The translations under genes were made by a program, and so were the position numbers. The notes under the pieces were generated by a model. That model was not told the DNA's origin, did not search any database, and worked only from the letters and a program-made list of their open reading frames with translations. Positions 37,112 to 49,867 of a DNA stretch of 64,000 nt are shown here, one piece after another. Position 1 is the stretch's first letter; each line of letters opens with the position of its first letter. The DNA is from Felis catus (Eukaryota), in the NCBI RefSeq assembly GCF_018350175.1, contig NC_058383.1:13518001-13582000 (forward strand), read 5' to 3'.

Positions 37112-39618
37112 CAGCAGAAACTCATCCGTGAGCAAAGTTCTCCTGAAACATTTCAGTATGTGTGCATGTGTTATGCTTGAGAATATTTTAGAAACATTTT
37201 CCAGATTTAATTGAGGCTTCTGGGAAGCCTTGCTGTGTTCTTCCTTGCAAAAAATAGAAGGTCATTACCAGGAAGTCTCAGTGTACCATATTTATCTGGT
37301 GAGTTTTGAAAATACTGAGTAATGGGACTAATGACTCAACGTAGTATTTTCCAAACTGTGAGGTAATCTTTGGACTTTGCAAGATTATTATATTAAGTGT
37401 ACTTCTTAGTCTGTCAGTAAAAAATAAAAAGCCTGTATTTTCACATTAGAATTCAAAGAACATCTGCTGCGTATTGTAAATAACATATTTTGAAAACCAA
37501 CTGATGCATACTCAGCCTGCCTCCGCCTGCTAACTATAGCAGGTCCTTAAGATAAGATTCAGTGTGCCATTGGTACTGCTCTTGTGTTGACATCCCACCA
37601 TCTTCCATAAATCTCCAGAAGCCATTGGCCCCCTCAATACACTCGGCAATGTGGGGTTTTCAGTTTCCTGTTCCCTAGCGGGATTAGAAAAGGGTCTGTA
37701 TTCCTGGAGAATCGGGAGCCCTGGAGAAGGTGTTTCTTCTCAAGGAGATGAGCTTCGGTTTTCTCCGGGGGGCCTTCCTTACCCCTGAGGATGTGAGACC
37801 TCAGAGAGCCCCCAGGTGCCTGCTGCAAGCGGTCACGCCTGACAGGAGGGGTCGTGTTGACTTCCAGGCCTGCCGGTAGGGGGTAGGGGAGTGGGCCCCA
37901 AGAGGCCGGAGCTCTTTGTCTGGGGCTCTGGGCTCCCGGCTCCTCCGTCTGGGGTGCGCATCGGCACAGCAGCCCCGTGCGCGTCCTCCAGCCCGAATCT
38001 CACCTCCTCGTGGGACTGAAAACCTCACTCAGCTTTTCCCCCCATTCCTTCTCAGTTTGTCTTGTTAGCAGTCTTTCTTCGCAAGTAAGCACCATATGTC
38101 TTCCTTGGGAACTTGTTTTCAGGAGATTCCCCGGCGCGTGTGTGCTGGCTCGGAAGAGAGGAAGAGGGTGTTGGGCTCGCCAGCAGTACTCACCAGAGCG
38201 CCAGATTTCGCAGAGGGCCCTCCGCGCCCATCTGCCTCTCGGGCTGGTTTGTTCGGAAGCGGGAACACAATATTTCACTGGAGCTTGCCGGGGTCACAGA
38301 AGACAGCCCAGCTGATGAGCAGGGTTTCTGAGCCTGCGTGCCCTCCTTCTCGTGGCCCCCCGTTAGCCCTGGGAGGTTGTCACACGAGCCCCTTTCCGCT
38401 GACACCGGTCTCTGTGGTCGTGGAGAGGGTAGCACAGGTTGGTCATGAACGAGGGACTCTATGCTCTTCCTCCGCTTCCTCCTCTTAACTGGTCGCTGGT
38501 GCCAAAGCATGCACCTAATACTGTTCTGCTTGGGAAATAATTTGGTTTCTGTAACGTGGGGTCCACCGCCTGACTTCTGCGCTGAATACCTGTCTCCTTT
38601 CAAAGCCCGCCGTTGAGCATCCAAGTGGTCTTTTTTCCTCTTCCCTTTCTCCCTCGTTCTTGTGCCCCGGCTGTCTTTTATCAAAACAGACAGACGGTTA
38701 GCACTGACTCCTCATGGCAAGCAGAAGCTTGGCGCGTTTTCTGCATTCACCTTGACATCTTTTCGGCAAAGAAAAAACAAGGGCTGAGAACCCGTTCTAT
38801 TCCTTTTGGCTTCCACGGGAGTTACCTCTTTTAAAGCTGCCTCACGAACAGCCCTGTGGGTGGTTATTGCTTGATACCTGTCTCCCTGGAGCTTTTACCA
38901 TTTGCTTTGAAAAGGAGGGCTGTTTTCTATTCCCTCGAGAACTCCCCTTACATGGGTGTCTGTGTGCACGCGCGCACGCGTGTGTGTATGTTCCATGTGC
39001 TGTCAATTAATAATGAAAAAGTAAGACCACACCTCTTCACTGTCGTTTTTCCCACAGAATCAGTGTCCATGTCGTTTCTTCTTTTGAGTTTTCCACGTGC
39101 CAGGGGGCTGTGCATGGTTTCATGGCATTCTAACAGCAGCCTTTTGAAGAAGTGCCCCCGTCCCAGATGGGGAGACTGACGAATGACAGGTTATGTACCT
39201 TGGTGGAGCCAAGACTGGAGTCCACGCGTTTGGACTTGAATGCCCAGGCTGTTCACAAATAAACTAAACTGTTCCTGGGTCTCATACGTGATGTCGGTCA
39301 TTTGAATTTTGCCGACCATAGTCCTGTATACTCTGTCTTTGTCCTTGGGAGGATTTGATCTCAGCAGAAAGGAGGTGGGTGGGATAAGCTGTGTTCTCAG
39401 GTTCTTAGGGAAAAGACACACTCCCACCAATATCTGTGGCCCATTAGACCAGCGATTCCCAGTGGCATGGAGGAAACTGACCCGTGTGGTGGGGAAGGTA
39501 TGGCAAGGACCACAGGAAAGAGAGTGGATATCTAGTTCTGATGCAGTGAAGGCTGACAAAGGAGTTACAATAATCACAAGATAATCACTGTTCCAAAACC
39601 TCACGTTGTTGCCCTCAT

Positions 39619-39850
39619 TATAATAGCTTCCAGTGGCTGAACATATGTACTACATACTGGGCATTGATTGGACGCTTTATGTATGCTTTCATTTAGTCCT
39701 CCCCCATAACCCTATATAAAATAGGATTATCTCATTTTACAGAGACGAGTAGGTTCAGAGTGGTTTTCCTAGCCCAAATTCACTCCGGTCTTAAATGAAA
39801 ATATAGAAGCTGAGATCATCCAAAAGCTTGTGTATCGTCAAAGCCTGTGC
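39619..39850 (-). mobile_element. MIR
   Basis: 'taatagct...tcatttagtcctcccccataaccctat...attatctcattttacagaga'. Confidence 0.75.
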
Positions 39851-40164
39851 TCCATTCCTTCCTTCTTGCCAGCTTCTCTACCCATTTTGAGAATTAATCA
39901 GAATCATTATCGTCATTAGGAGGTTATCTTACTAGTAAAGGAAAGAAACAGATGGATCTTACGCTTGTGGACCAGAGTGTGAGATTGAGCTGAGTATGTA
40001 AAGATTTGCTCCCCTGGTCTCATGGACGCGCTTACAGCTTACAGTGGTCCCAACAGCCAGCTGCCACGTCCTTAACAGAGGTGGAATTTCAGTTAACAGC
40101 TTTGTAATTGAGGAATGTTTCCGGAATCATCAGTGTTTGGCAACTTTGTAGACGAACATAGATT

Positions 40165-40335
40165 ATAGGTTTAAGGAGTCTTCTGAGTTCAGAGTAGCTG
40201 GGAATGTATACCCCACTGTACCCTTCAACTAGCCGTTTGGACCCGGGAACCTCACTCAGTTCTCTTCAACTTCAGTGGTTTTAATCTGTGCATTATATTA
40301 GAAAATTCCAAGGTTTGTTTTAGCTCTAAATGATG
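40165..40335 (+). mobile_element. MIR/MIR3 fragment
   Basis: 'ttaaggagtcttctgagttcaga...actagccgtttggacccgggaacctcactc...cttcagt...atctgt'. Confidence 0.5.
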
Positions 40336-40451
40336 GCTGTTTGCTTTCAGGAGTATTTATGTTACACAAATGGGAGGAGCCCTCTGACCCACTGAAGTAT
40401 GTATACTTAGGTAATTGAGAAAGCCATTTGTATGCTGTCGACATTTGATTT

Positions 40452-40663
40452 GTTATTTCTTATTTATTTATTTTTAAATGTTTATATGTTTTGGGGGAGA
40501 GAGAGAGAGTGAGTGTGAGCAGGGTAGGGGCGGAGGGAGAGAGGGAGAGAGAAAATCCCAAGAAGGCTCCATGCTTAGCATGGATTGATTTCGCAACCAT
40601 GAGATCATGACCTGAACGGATATTGACTTGGACGCTTAACCAACTGGGCCACCCAGGCGACCC
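40452..40663 (-). mobile_element. CAN-SINE inserted at the tail of an L1
   Basis: T tail, (GA)n, 'gagatcatgacctga...gacgcttaaccaactgggccacccaggcgaccc'; TSD acatttgattt at 40441-40451 and 40665-40675. Confidence 0.93.
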
Positions 40664-40674
40664 AACATTTGATT

Positions 40675-41640
40675 TTTTAAAGACAGCTTTCTTGTGGTGT
40701 AACCAACATGCAATAAACCACATATTTGAAGTGCACAGTTTGGTAAGTTTTGATATATCCACCCATGATACCATCACTGCAATCAAAATAATGAGCCTAT
40801 ATGTCACCCCAAAGTTTCCTTGTGCCACTTTGTGGTCCCTTCCTCCTGCTTCATGCCCATCCCTCCCCACCAAAACCACTGATGTGCATTTATTGTCCCT
40901 GCAGATTACTTTATATGCTTAGAGAATTCTAGAACTGTAATCATCTAGTATGTTTTTTTTGTCTTCTTTCATTCTGCATAATGAGAGATTTATCCACGTT
41001 GGTGCATGTACTAGCCCATAAATAAAGTATTTTTCCATTTATTTAGGTTTTCTTTAATTTCTCTTAGCAACACTTTATATTTTTCAGTGAACAGGTCTTT
41101 CACATCTTTTGTCAGAATTATCTCGAGATATTTCATATTTTCTGGTGCTATTGTAAATGATAAAATTTTCAAGTTTCTATTCAGTTTCTGATTGTTGCTA
41201 TTATAATTGATTAGTACAATTGATTTTGTATATTGATTTGCAGTTATGTATAACAATTACGATATAATGTGTAATTGTATATTCTGCAGTTATGCTAAAT
41301 TCATTTTTACTAGTTCTAGCAGCTGTTGTATGGATTCCATTTGATTTTTCTACAAAGATGGTTATCATATCTACAAATACAGACACTTTGCCTCTTTCTT
41401 TCTAACCTGGATGCCGTTCTTCCTTTTGCTGGCTGATTGTACTGTTAGAGCCTGCGAAACAGTGTTGAATAGAAGTGAGTGGCCATTCCTGTCTTGTTCC
41501 CGATCTTAGGCTAAAAGCATCCCGTCTTTCACCATGAGTATTTTGCTAGCTTTAGGCTTTTCAGAGACGATCATACAGTTCTTTGGTTTGTTAAATTGTG
41601 GTGAATTACATTGGTTTTCAATTGTAGGCCATTCTGTACA
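40675..41640 (-). mobile_element. Old L1 (L1MC/MD-like): 3' end joined to a mid-ORF2 segment
   Basis: L1 3' end at 40675-41010; ORF 41011-41256 'SFTIAPENMKYLEIILTKDVKDLFTEKYKVLLREIKENLNKWK' is homologous to the L1 ORF2p IPFTIA..KYLGI.LTK.VKDL..ENYK.L.KEI.ED.NKWK region. Confidence 0.9.
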
Positions 41641-42399
41641 GATGGCCAAGGCCTTTTGTTTGCTTATAGGTTTGTTTATTGGAGTTCTCCGTCTCTCTTG
41701 CATGATTCACCTCCCCAGCACCCCGTTTGCAGTCTCCCATTTCAGTCAAGTAGAGGGAGACCTGAGACATTTGTGAAGTGTGGAGTCCTTCCAGCTTTAA
41801 GGGCTTGTTTTCTCTTACCAACCCTTCACGGTTGTTTTGCCCACCGTAACTGCTGAGTGAATAGCAGTCCGTCTTTAAGTCTTCTGCCTTTAGTGGGTGT
41901 TTCTCAAGCATTCTTCTTGGGCTTTGGAGAAGCACCCAATTTTCTTTCCATATTCCTGTTTCATCAGTGCAGATAATAGCTAATTAAACTATAGAATTGC
42001 AGTACCCAGCAAAACTAACACACACAGACTTGGGATCGACGGCAGCTGAGTGTTGGTAAGCATTCGGCCCAGCTGTCGTGGGCAGACTAGATATTTGCCA
42101 ATCAGAGATGAAGACTCAGTATGTTGTGGTGCATTCCAGAAGCTATAGGAGAGCATAAAGGAAAGAATTGGTTCCTCCAGGGAATAAGCCAAATGGAAGT
42201 TGATTAGAGAGAGCTTCTAGAATCCTCTTTTATTCCTATAAACAGCATTCCTAACCTTCAGCATCCAGTGGGCAAAATGAGCTTTTGGCCGCAAGACCTA
42301 CCATGTGAGGAACCCACCACGGATTCATCTTCACAGTTGGGGAACAACCGTGACAAAGGGTGGATCCTTGCATCATCTTTAAACAACGAGAGCTAATAC

Positions 42400-42570
42400 G
42401 ATAGAGTTGAAAGGGCCCTGTATTTAGACTCTGATGAGCCTGGGTTTGAATGCCAGCAGCTCTCTCTCTGCGTTGTCAAACAACCTTGGGTAAGTTAGTA
42501 CCGCCTCGGGTCATCTTGAGGAATAAGTGATTGAACGTGTATGAGGCTGTCACGAAGTGCAGGTGTCCTG
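42400..42570 (+). mobile_element. MIR (internally deleted)
   Basis: 'gcctgggtttgaatgccagc...accttgggtaagtta...tgaggaataagtga'. Confidence 0.6.
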
Positions 42571-42679
42571 TGTGGTTTGGATCCTCACCACCAAGGATGG
42601 TGCATTATACCCAATCATGTGATCCTTCTGCCCCCAAAGGCCCCCAACTCCAGCCTATCACAGTGTTTGATGGAGGACA

Positions 42680-43310
42680 GAACATCTAAGGCACAGGAGA
42701 CAGCAAGGACACACGCATGGAAAGGTAGGAGCCGTGAGGATTCAGCAGAGGGTTCGTACTGAGGTAGAGTAGGAGGAGAGGCTGGAAAGTAGACCAGTGA
42801 ATGACCACGCCAAGAACCACGCAGACTGTGGCACATTGGTAGGCAGTGGGAGCCACTGAAACTTTTTTTTTTCTTGAAGGGAGCACCGTGGTGAGAGAGA
42901 TGTGCCAGAGATCCTCAGGCCTCAGCTGCCTCAGAATCACCTGGGAGCTTGTTAAAAAATACATATACCTTGGGCCCCGCCCAGACCTGCTCAATCCTAA
43001 TCTATAGGTTGGGGTCAAGACATCTGTATTTTTAACAAGCTCCCCAGGTGATTCTAATGCACGCCAAAGTTTAGAAACCACTGCTTTAGAAGGTTAATCT
43101 GGCAGCACTGTGCAAGATGGATTGGAGCTGAGAGAGCCTGGAGGTTCAGAGACCTGCTCGCAAGCAATTGCAACAACAATCCCGGCAGGAGATAATGAGG
43201 TTGGGGGCTGTGGGAATGGAAAGGAAGAATCAGATATGGGAGGTATTTTTGAGAGGCAGTCAGCAAGGACTGGGTAACCAATTTGATGAGGAATGTGAGA
43301 GAGAAATGGG
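42680..43310 (-). mobile_element. L2 fragment split by MER5A
   Basis: 'gtaggcagtgggagccactgaa' before and 'tttagaaggttaatctggcagc...gatggattggag...caaggactgggtaaccaatttgatg' after the MITE. Confidence 0.75.
42915..43083 (+). mobile_element. MER5A MITE
   Basis: 'cagaatcacctgggagcttgttaaaaa...gggccccgcccagacctgct...tttttaacaagctccccaggtgattctaatgcacgccaaagtttagaaaccactg'. Confidence 0.9.
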
Positions 43311-44609
43311 ACTTAACAGATACCACCAAAGTTTAGAGAAGCAGCTCTCCAAGGTGTGAGGGGAGAGGTAACGGAATCCCCTTGGGGACCTTATTCAGAT
43401 GGCACACACCTGCTCTCCCCCTTCTGTCCTCACCTCGCACACCTTCCTCCCTCCCACCAGCCCCCTAAGGCACAGGCGGGGAGGGAGCAAACCGGTACCT
43501 CCTGGGGAGGCACGCATGTGTAGTTTGAGGGAAGAAATCTCCAGGCGGTCTCTCTACTTGTGTCTCTGTGTCTGTGAAAAATGGCAGATCGGGAGTTGGC
43601 GAGCGGCAGCGGGGAGCTGAGTTCCGAAGGACAGGGCTGGAGCCCACGGCAGGACGTGGGGTACCTCTGTCAGTGTGGAGACGTGGGTCTGGACCTGGGG
43701 AGCAGGAGGTAGGGTAGAGGTCGTGGGAGAAGCCGTGCCACGGCGGTCACCAGGGGACAGAGGAGAGAGGAGAGGAAAGGGGTCCAGCAAGAATGCTTCC
43801 TTGTAGTGACCACACGCAGCCGGGCAGGAGCCGGCTGGCGAGGGCAAGGAGGTGCTCTCTACCCACACCTTGGAGAGCTCAAAGCCAAGGCGAGGGGCAA
43901 CGGCGAGGAAAGACCTCTTGCAGGCGGGAGGGCGGAGCACTGGCTTCTCCAGCCATCCTACCCACACCATTCTGGCCCCCAGGCGTATGTGGCATATTCA
44001 CGTAAAGGGGTCAATGCTCCGAAGAAACAACACGTTTTAAAGTTTCCTTTCTCAAATCTGGTGTCTTGGAGCTGATGCACCAAAGAGACTGACAGGGTTT
44101 TACTGTGACACCATCCTCCCTCCCAGGTTTCCCGCTTGACTCCTAACCCTTCCGTATGCATTTTTGGCCTGGTGCAGTGAAATAGAAGGTATTATAAATC
44201 ATTATAGTATTTTGGGGTCCTCGCCCCCCCCACACAAAGTTCCAGACATTCTGCCTGTATTGTGTGATCTCACGCTGTGAAAATGGGATGTTGTGTTTTG
44301 GAGGTACCTCCAGGGTGCCCAGCAATTGGCACATCTTAACAACAAGCAAACCAGTTGAATGAGCCACAGTGGAGAGGAAGGACGTCTGTATCAGTGCAGG
44401 AGCTACTGAATTATGAAGAGACGCTATTTATGTTGTTGGGAAGCGGTGGTTCTCGATGGGGGTCATCCTTAAGGCCAGTCACTCCTGACATGGGCAGGAC
44501 TCAGCTGTGACCATGGCTGCATGGGTGTAATAGGGGCGAGTGTCTCAGGAAGCACTTTGTGGGGCTGACACATCACAGTCCATTGTGAAAGGGGGCCTCC
44601 ACGTGTAAA

Positions 44610-44755
44610 ATATTCTAGTTCATCTCAGAACAGCCTTGGAAGTTATCTTGTTTTCCGAGTAAGGAAACTGAAACGTCAGGGTTACACGGCTCCCGGGTTA
44701 CTGGGGAGGGGATTGAACCTAGTGTTCTGGTATGGTGACTGTGGCACGCTTTTCC
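44610..44755 (-). mobile_element. MIR fragment
   Basis: 'aaggaaactgaaac...ggggattgaacctag'. Confidence 0.55.
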
Positions 44756-44834
44756 AGAGGGGCTTTTTAATGTCCCCTCTTCTAGAAGGAGGCTATATAA
44801 TTAGTGGGAGAAAGGCTTGCATCTATGAGGAGCA

Positions 44835-45020
44835 ACATTTGCAGAGTCGCTCAGAGATGGGTCTGGGCTGCACTCACTTCTTAACTGTATGACCTCGGGC
44901 AATTTATTTGACCTTTCTGAGCCTCACTTTGAATTGGAAAGGGAGGAAAGTCAGATTTACCTCCTGAGAGTAGTCTGGGGGATTTGGCACATCCCCCATG
45001 ATTGGTAACTATTACAGTGA
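44835..45020 (+). mobile_element. MIR fragment
   Basis: 'cacttcttaactgtatgacctcgggcaatttatttgacctttctgagcctcacttt'. Confidence 0.75.
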
Positions 45021-48000
45021 TCACTGGGATTTTTTTTTCCCAGTCATCAGTTGGAAAACTCATGGACTGCCCTGGATGCACCTGAGGAGAGAGTACTTTT
45101 TCCCCGTTGGCATTCCTACCTTGGATTTCAAGTACTTTTTCCCATAGAAATGTTACAGCCAGACGGAGCTTAGGTATAGTTGAAATAGCACGGGTAATAA
45201 ATTCTATCCTTCAAGGCATTTTATTTGCTGAATAGGACTTTTCGGGTGGGCTTGGGCAGCAGGCTTTCCCAGGAAAAGTGCCCTAACCCCTTATTTACAA
45301 GAGAACTTTTATTGGGCCGCCTGCTCAGAAGTTGCAGAACTGCCAGAACATTGCCTGGGGCGGGGTAGGTGATCACAGATGAATAAAGGATCGCAGGATG
45401 TGCGGATTTCCACCGCACCAGGAACGGCGCTCTGCAGTTTCTTGCCATCCGCGGCGTAGGCAGACACGCAGCGGACCAGCCGCGTTAATACTTGGAATTG
45501 TGTCAGGACTCTTGGCCAGGGTCCCCCCCCCACCCGTCGCGCACCCCGGGCCCCACCGCTGCTCTCGGTGGACATCACTAACGTAAATGCCATCCCCTGG
45601 CACATCATGTTGAAACAAACTGGGAAACAGTGGGGCCTTTCTCGCATCAGATCATCAGATGTCTGCCTGGCATCTGTCTGACTGCCCGCTGTGGCCAAAG
45701 ATCTGCCTTCAGTGTAAAAGTACCCCAAAGACACCCTAATTCCGGGGTTTTAAGGCTCCCATCCATTTTCCCCCTCTCCCTCTCCCTCAACAAAAGAAAT
45801 GACTGAAGAGAGGGTGATGGATAGAGGCATCTCTCTGGCGCCCTACGGGGGCTTCTCTCCCAAAGAAACGGAGCAGAGCCACAAAAGAGTAAAGAAAGAA
45901 AGCTTGGCAGAATGTTTTGATACAAAATTCATTATAGCTTTATGTATGCGCCGGACGGTGTGGGTCCTCTTAAGTTTGTGTAGATCCTGCAGTCCTTTTG
46001 GCTCAACCTTTGTGTTTAGAGAGAGGTTTTGGAAGGAGATCAAAGATGTCAGATTACTGGCCTGATTCTTAAAGAACTACTTGGGAAAAGCTTGAAAATC
46101 TTCACACCCAGGTTCAAAAACAAGAAGCAGGAACGAGTCCAGAAAGCTTGGTGACATGGGTAGCAGTTGTAGTATTTTTTTCAGAAAAAGAATTTGCATT
46201 AATCCTTAATCTCCATACTTTCTGCCTCCCTCTCTCTGTCTCTCTCTCCTTCTCCCTCCCTCCCTCCCTCTCTCTCCGTCTCTTCCGCACCACCCTCAGG
46301 TCCTCCATACCCCGGCCTATATTTTTCCGGATGTGTTCACCTTCTCCTGTCCCCAAGTGTAAAAACCGCCATCTGGCACCGAATCCTCACCCTTTTGTGG
46401 GTGAAGGGTATTCGAGGGGTGACTGTAATCCATTGGAGTCACGTCTAAAGAGGAGACGAGAGCCTGAGTGTTACGTGTTGGCTTCTCCGCTTCTCCAGGA
46501 AGGAACCGACAAAGGCCACAACCACTGTAACATATCATTTTTTTTCACTCCCAGTCATGAAGTTTTCCCCCCTTGGGTGCTCTGTCACCCCCGTTGGGAC
46601 ATGTAAAAAAGGTTTGAAAATGCATGGGGGACTTTGTCTTCCCTCTTTCGTATCTTTTCTTCCCTCCTCACAGCGCACTGTCAGTAGAGGTGGTTGGCTT
46701 GCATTCCAATTTCCTCCATTTCCTGGCTTCTCCCTTATCTGGTCTTTATTCCTCCCATATCTCTCTGGCTTCCAGGTGATGAAGTGCTCACACTTTTCTA
46801 GGAAATACTCATTTAGTTCTTTTTGTTCCAAAGCCTCCGTAGTCTTAACTCTGACTCCTCCGTTGGGGGCGGGGATAATTCATGAACTCAGAAGGATGTT
46901 GGGTTGCCTTTTCAAATCAGGGTCTACAAAACATTTTTTTTTTTTTAACGTGTGGTTCAGGTATAGACATAGGGATTATTTGAACACTTAGAATGACTTG
47001 GCTATAGTTCCCACTGCATTTTAGTCTGAGGGTCCCTCATTATGGGGCTTTGAGGATAAGCAGAGCAGTTGGGAGGCCCGGGTAGCCTTTGGCATGTTTA
47101 TGAACAGTTGTGTGCGGTCTACTTTTCATCGTGGTGTAGTGCAAGGCAGCATGGTATATCACCTTTTCTACCTGAGACAGTGATATACGAGTGGGGAAAA
47201 AAGCCACACACACCCACCACCGTAACAGAAAGTCCTGAACTGAGCTTCATGAGCGTTTTCTGTAACCGCTGCTTCTGTGCAAATCCTGTAGGGAATCGGA
47301 GGGCAGCAGTGCCATGGGAAGCTGGGCACGAGGTCCCGCTGCAATGTGAGATCTACACACTGTGCTTGGGACCAGTAGAAACCCTCTCCCTTTATGCCCG
47401 TAGCTTCCTGAAGGAGTCAAGAAATGTATATATTTCAGGGAAGTGGCCAGCATAAGCTCCCTCCTCCCCACAGCAGGAAATTAGAAACTCCTTTGGTTAA
47501 CACGAACGGATTGTGATTTTTTTTTTTGACAAGAGAGTAAGAGAGAGAGAGAGGAAAGATTCTTGAGGTGGCATTGTATACCATAAAACTATATTTATGT
47601 GCTAAGACAAGCAATTGATGTTGTTCTATAAAATATAGTAAACACCTCCTCCCTGCCCTTTGGAATGTCAGTCAGAATTCAGAATCATGAAATTTTATAG
47701 TATTACTGGTTAGAAGGGCTTCCCACTGGGAGCAGATGCCATCTCTGTCTTCATAGACTCAGAGAAAGTCCTGACATGTTTCATGGCGTTCATACGTGGA
47801 AGTCTGTGAAATGGAAAGGAAAACAGCTTTTTCTGTCAACCTGTCACTGATATAAGCTTTTACATTCCATCAGAATGACTAAACTTTAAAGCTGTTTCCT
47901 TCGGTGCTGAGTATCTCTCAGAACTCCCAAGTGTTATCAGATTGATAGAGTCCCAGCATATGATAGAAGACCAAAGCATTTTGTGGCATGATATTAAAAA

Positions 48001-49790
48001 TTCATTCAGATACTCGATAAAGCGTGGTTGACAAAAGTGTGAAATGGAATAAGGTAGAGTGAATTTCTTCATGGTTTATTGCCCTTGATTTCTCTACACA
48101 AAATAAATAGACAGAATGGACTAAAATCTCTTCTTTATGAAGGTGGGATCCTGGCAGCTGAAGGCCTGCTCATAAAAATCCTCTCCGTGCCACATACCTT
48201 GTCAGTGTTCAAAGTTGGAGGCAATGGAAATTTATTGCTGTTGTGCGTATTCATATTTCAGACCCAGTGAATATGCAGAGGCTGCTTTTATGCGATTGCT
48301 GAGGCTCTGTGAAGAACGGAAAAAGAAAACACTTGTTTTTCTCCTGGAGCTCTCTTTTTTTTGGGGGGGAGGTGGGGGGGGGTGTTGATGATTTTAGTGG
48401 CGATAGTGGCAGTGGCAGTGGCAGTGGCCTGGTGACAGTGGCAGTTCTTCCCCTGAAGGCACTTAAGAGAAAACACGGTTTTCATGTTCTCCCTTCCCCC
48501 TTCTCCGCCTGCCATCTTGTTTTTAAAGAAATATTAAAAAGCAAAGCCTTTCAAGCCCCTGCAAGCCTAGCCTACGTTTTCATCTGCCTCCCTCCCTTGC
48601 CAGACCTCCCTCTGCCTCCCTGACCCACCACCCCCTTCCTTTCTTCTGCCCCTCCCTCCTCTCAGAGGACACAGTTAGTGAGAGGCTTCCCCCCGCTCCC
48701 CTGCAGCGGTGGGACAGAATGCCTCATTGGTTTCAGATATTAACTTCTGTGCTGAAAACCCGGTTGGAGCTGGTGTGACAAATGGATTTTACCTGCTGCT
48801 GGAAAACACAGCCCTGTCCCACCCCCCTGCACACTGCACACACAAGCCTTTTTCCCCATCTTGCAGAGCCCATCCCAGGGAGCAGGGAACAGAGAGCTGC
48901 CCCCCGGCACCGTCTGTTTCTGCCAGCATCTATGTTGGGCCCCGACAGTTACATCTGTTGAGAAGAACGGTGTACTTGATGAGTTGTTGGAAAGAAATGT
49001 TCGGTCTCTCCCACCATCTCTGTTAGTCATTACTGGGCTGCTGGGCTCACGTGGGTGGATCTGTGTGCACCGCCTCTCAGGCCTCATCTGTATCAATTGG
49101 AAATCAGTCACTGGGAGTTAGTTGCCGTCAGCAGGGACCCGGGGCATTTTCCAGTGACATCAATTCCTCTTCTGTTGCAGAAATTCAGGAAACAATTAAG
49201 ATTCTGAGGCGTTCCAGGGAGGATTTCAAATAAATCAGCCGATGGCTGATACCTTGTAACTCTTGGTAGCAAAGCAAAATTAACAGCCCAGCCCGCATCT
49301 GCGTACTGTATGCTAAAATAAATAAATTAACCATGCATCACCTCCAATAGAGGAAGCAGCTGGCTTGTTCTCAACCCTTCCATAAGTACCCAAAAGCTAC
49401 TGATTTGTTAAGTTGTCATTCTCCTTATGGACATCAAGGACTTTCTGCGTACGCCAAAAACTGAGCTGGCCAAATATCAGTAAGTTATGGAAAATCCAGG
49501 CGCTGATTAAACGCAGTGAGAGCTCCTAACTTATAGCTCCGAACAGCTTTATGCAGAGCAAAGCCGATACTGTGAGCCAGACTCAGTGAGGAGGTAATAA
49601 CATAAGATACGAGTAGGTTTGGCAGCAAATGTAGCCGGAATTTTGTCAGAATTTGAGCATTTTTGAGTAGTAATCAGAAAGTCGGTACCCCTTCCTCGCC
49701 CCCTAAACCAAATGCACTGTGGAAAAACCGGTGTTAATCACCCCTGTGAGTTACAGTGCTACCCACCTACGCTTTCCCATGCTTTTTCTG

Positions 49791-49867
49791 TTTTTCTTTC
49801 TTTCTTTTTCTTTTCTTTCTTTCCTTTTTCTTTCTCTTTTTCTTTCTCTCTTTTTTTTTTTTTTTTT
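49791..49867. repeat. Pure polypyrimidine (TTTC)n/poly-T tract
   Basis: 77 consecutive C/T bases, read directly. Confidence 0.9.

Noticed and set aside
48861..49121. 86-aa frame following an acceptor-like site
   Set aside because: No recognisable homology, no convincing downstream donor and a non-ATG start; kept only as context within the repeat-poor zone.
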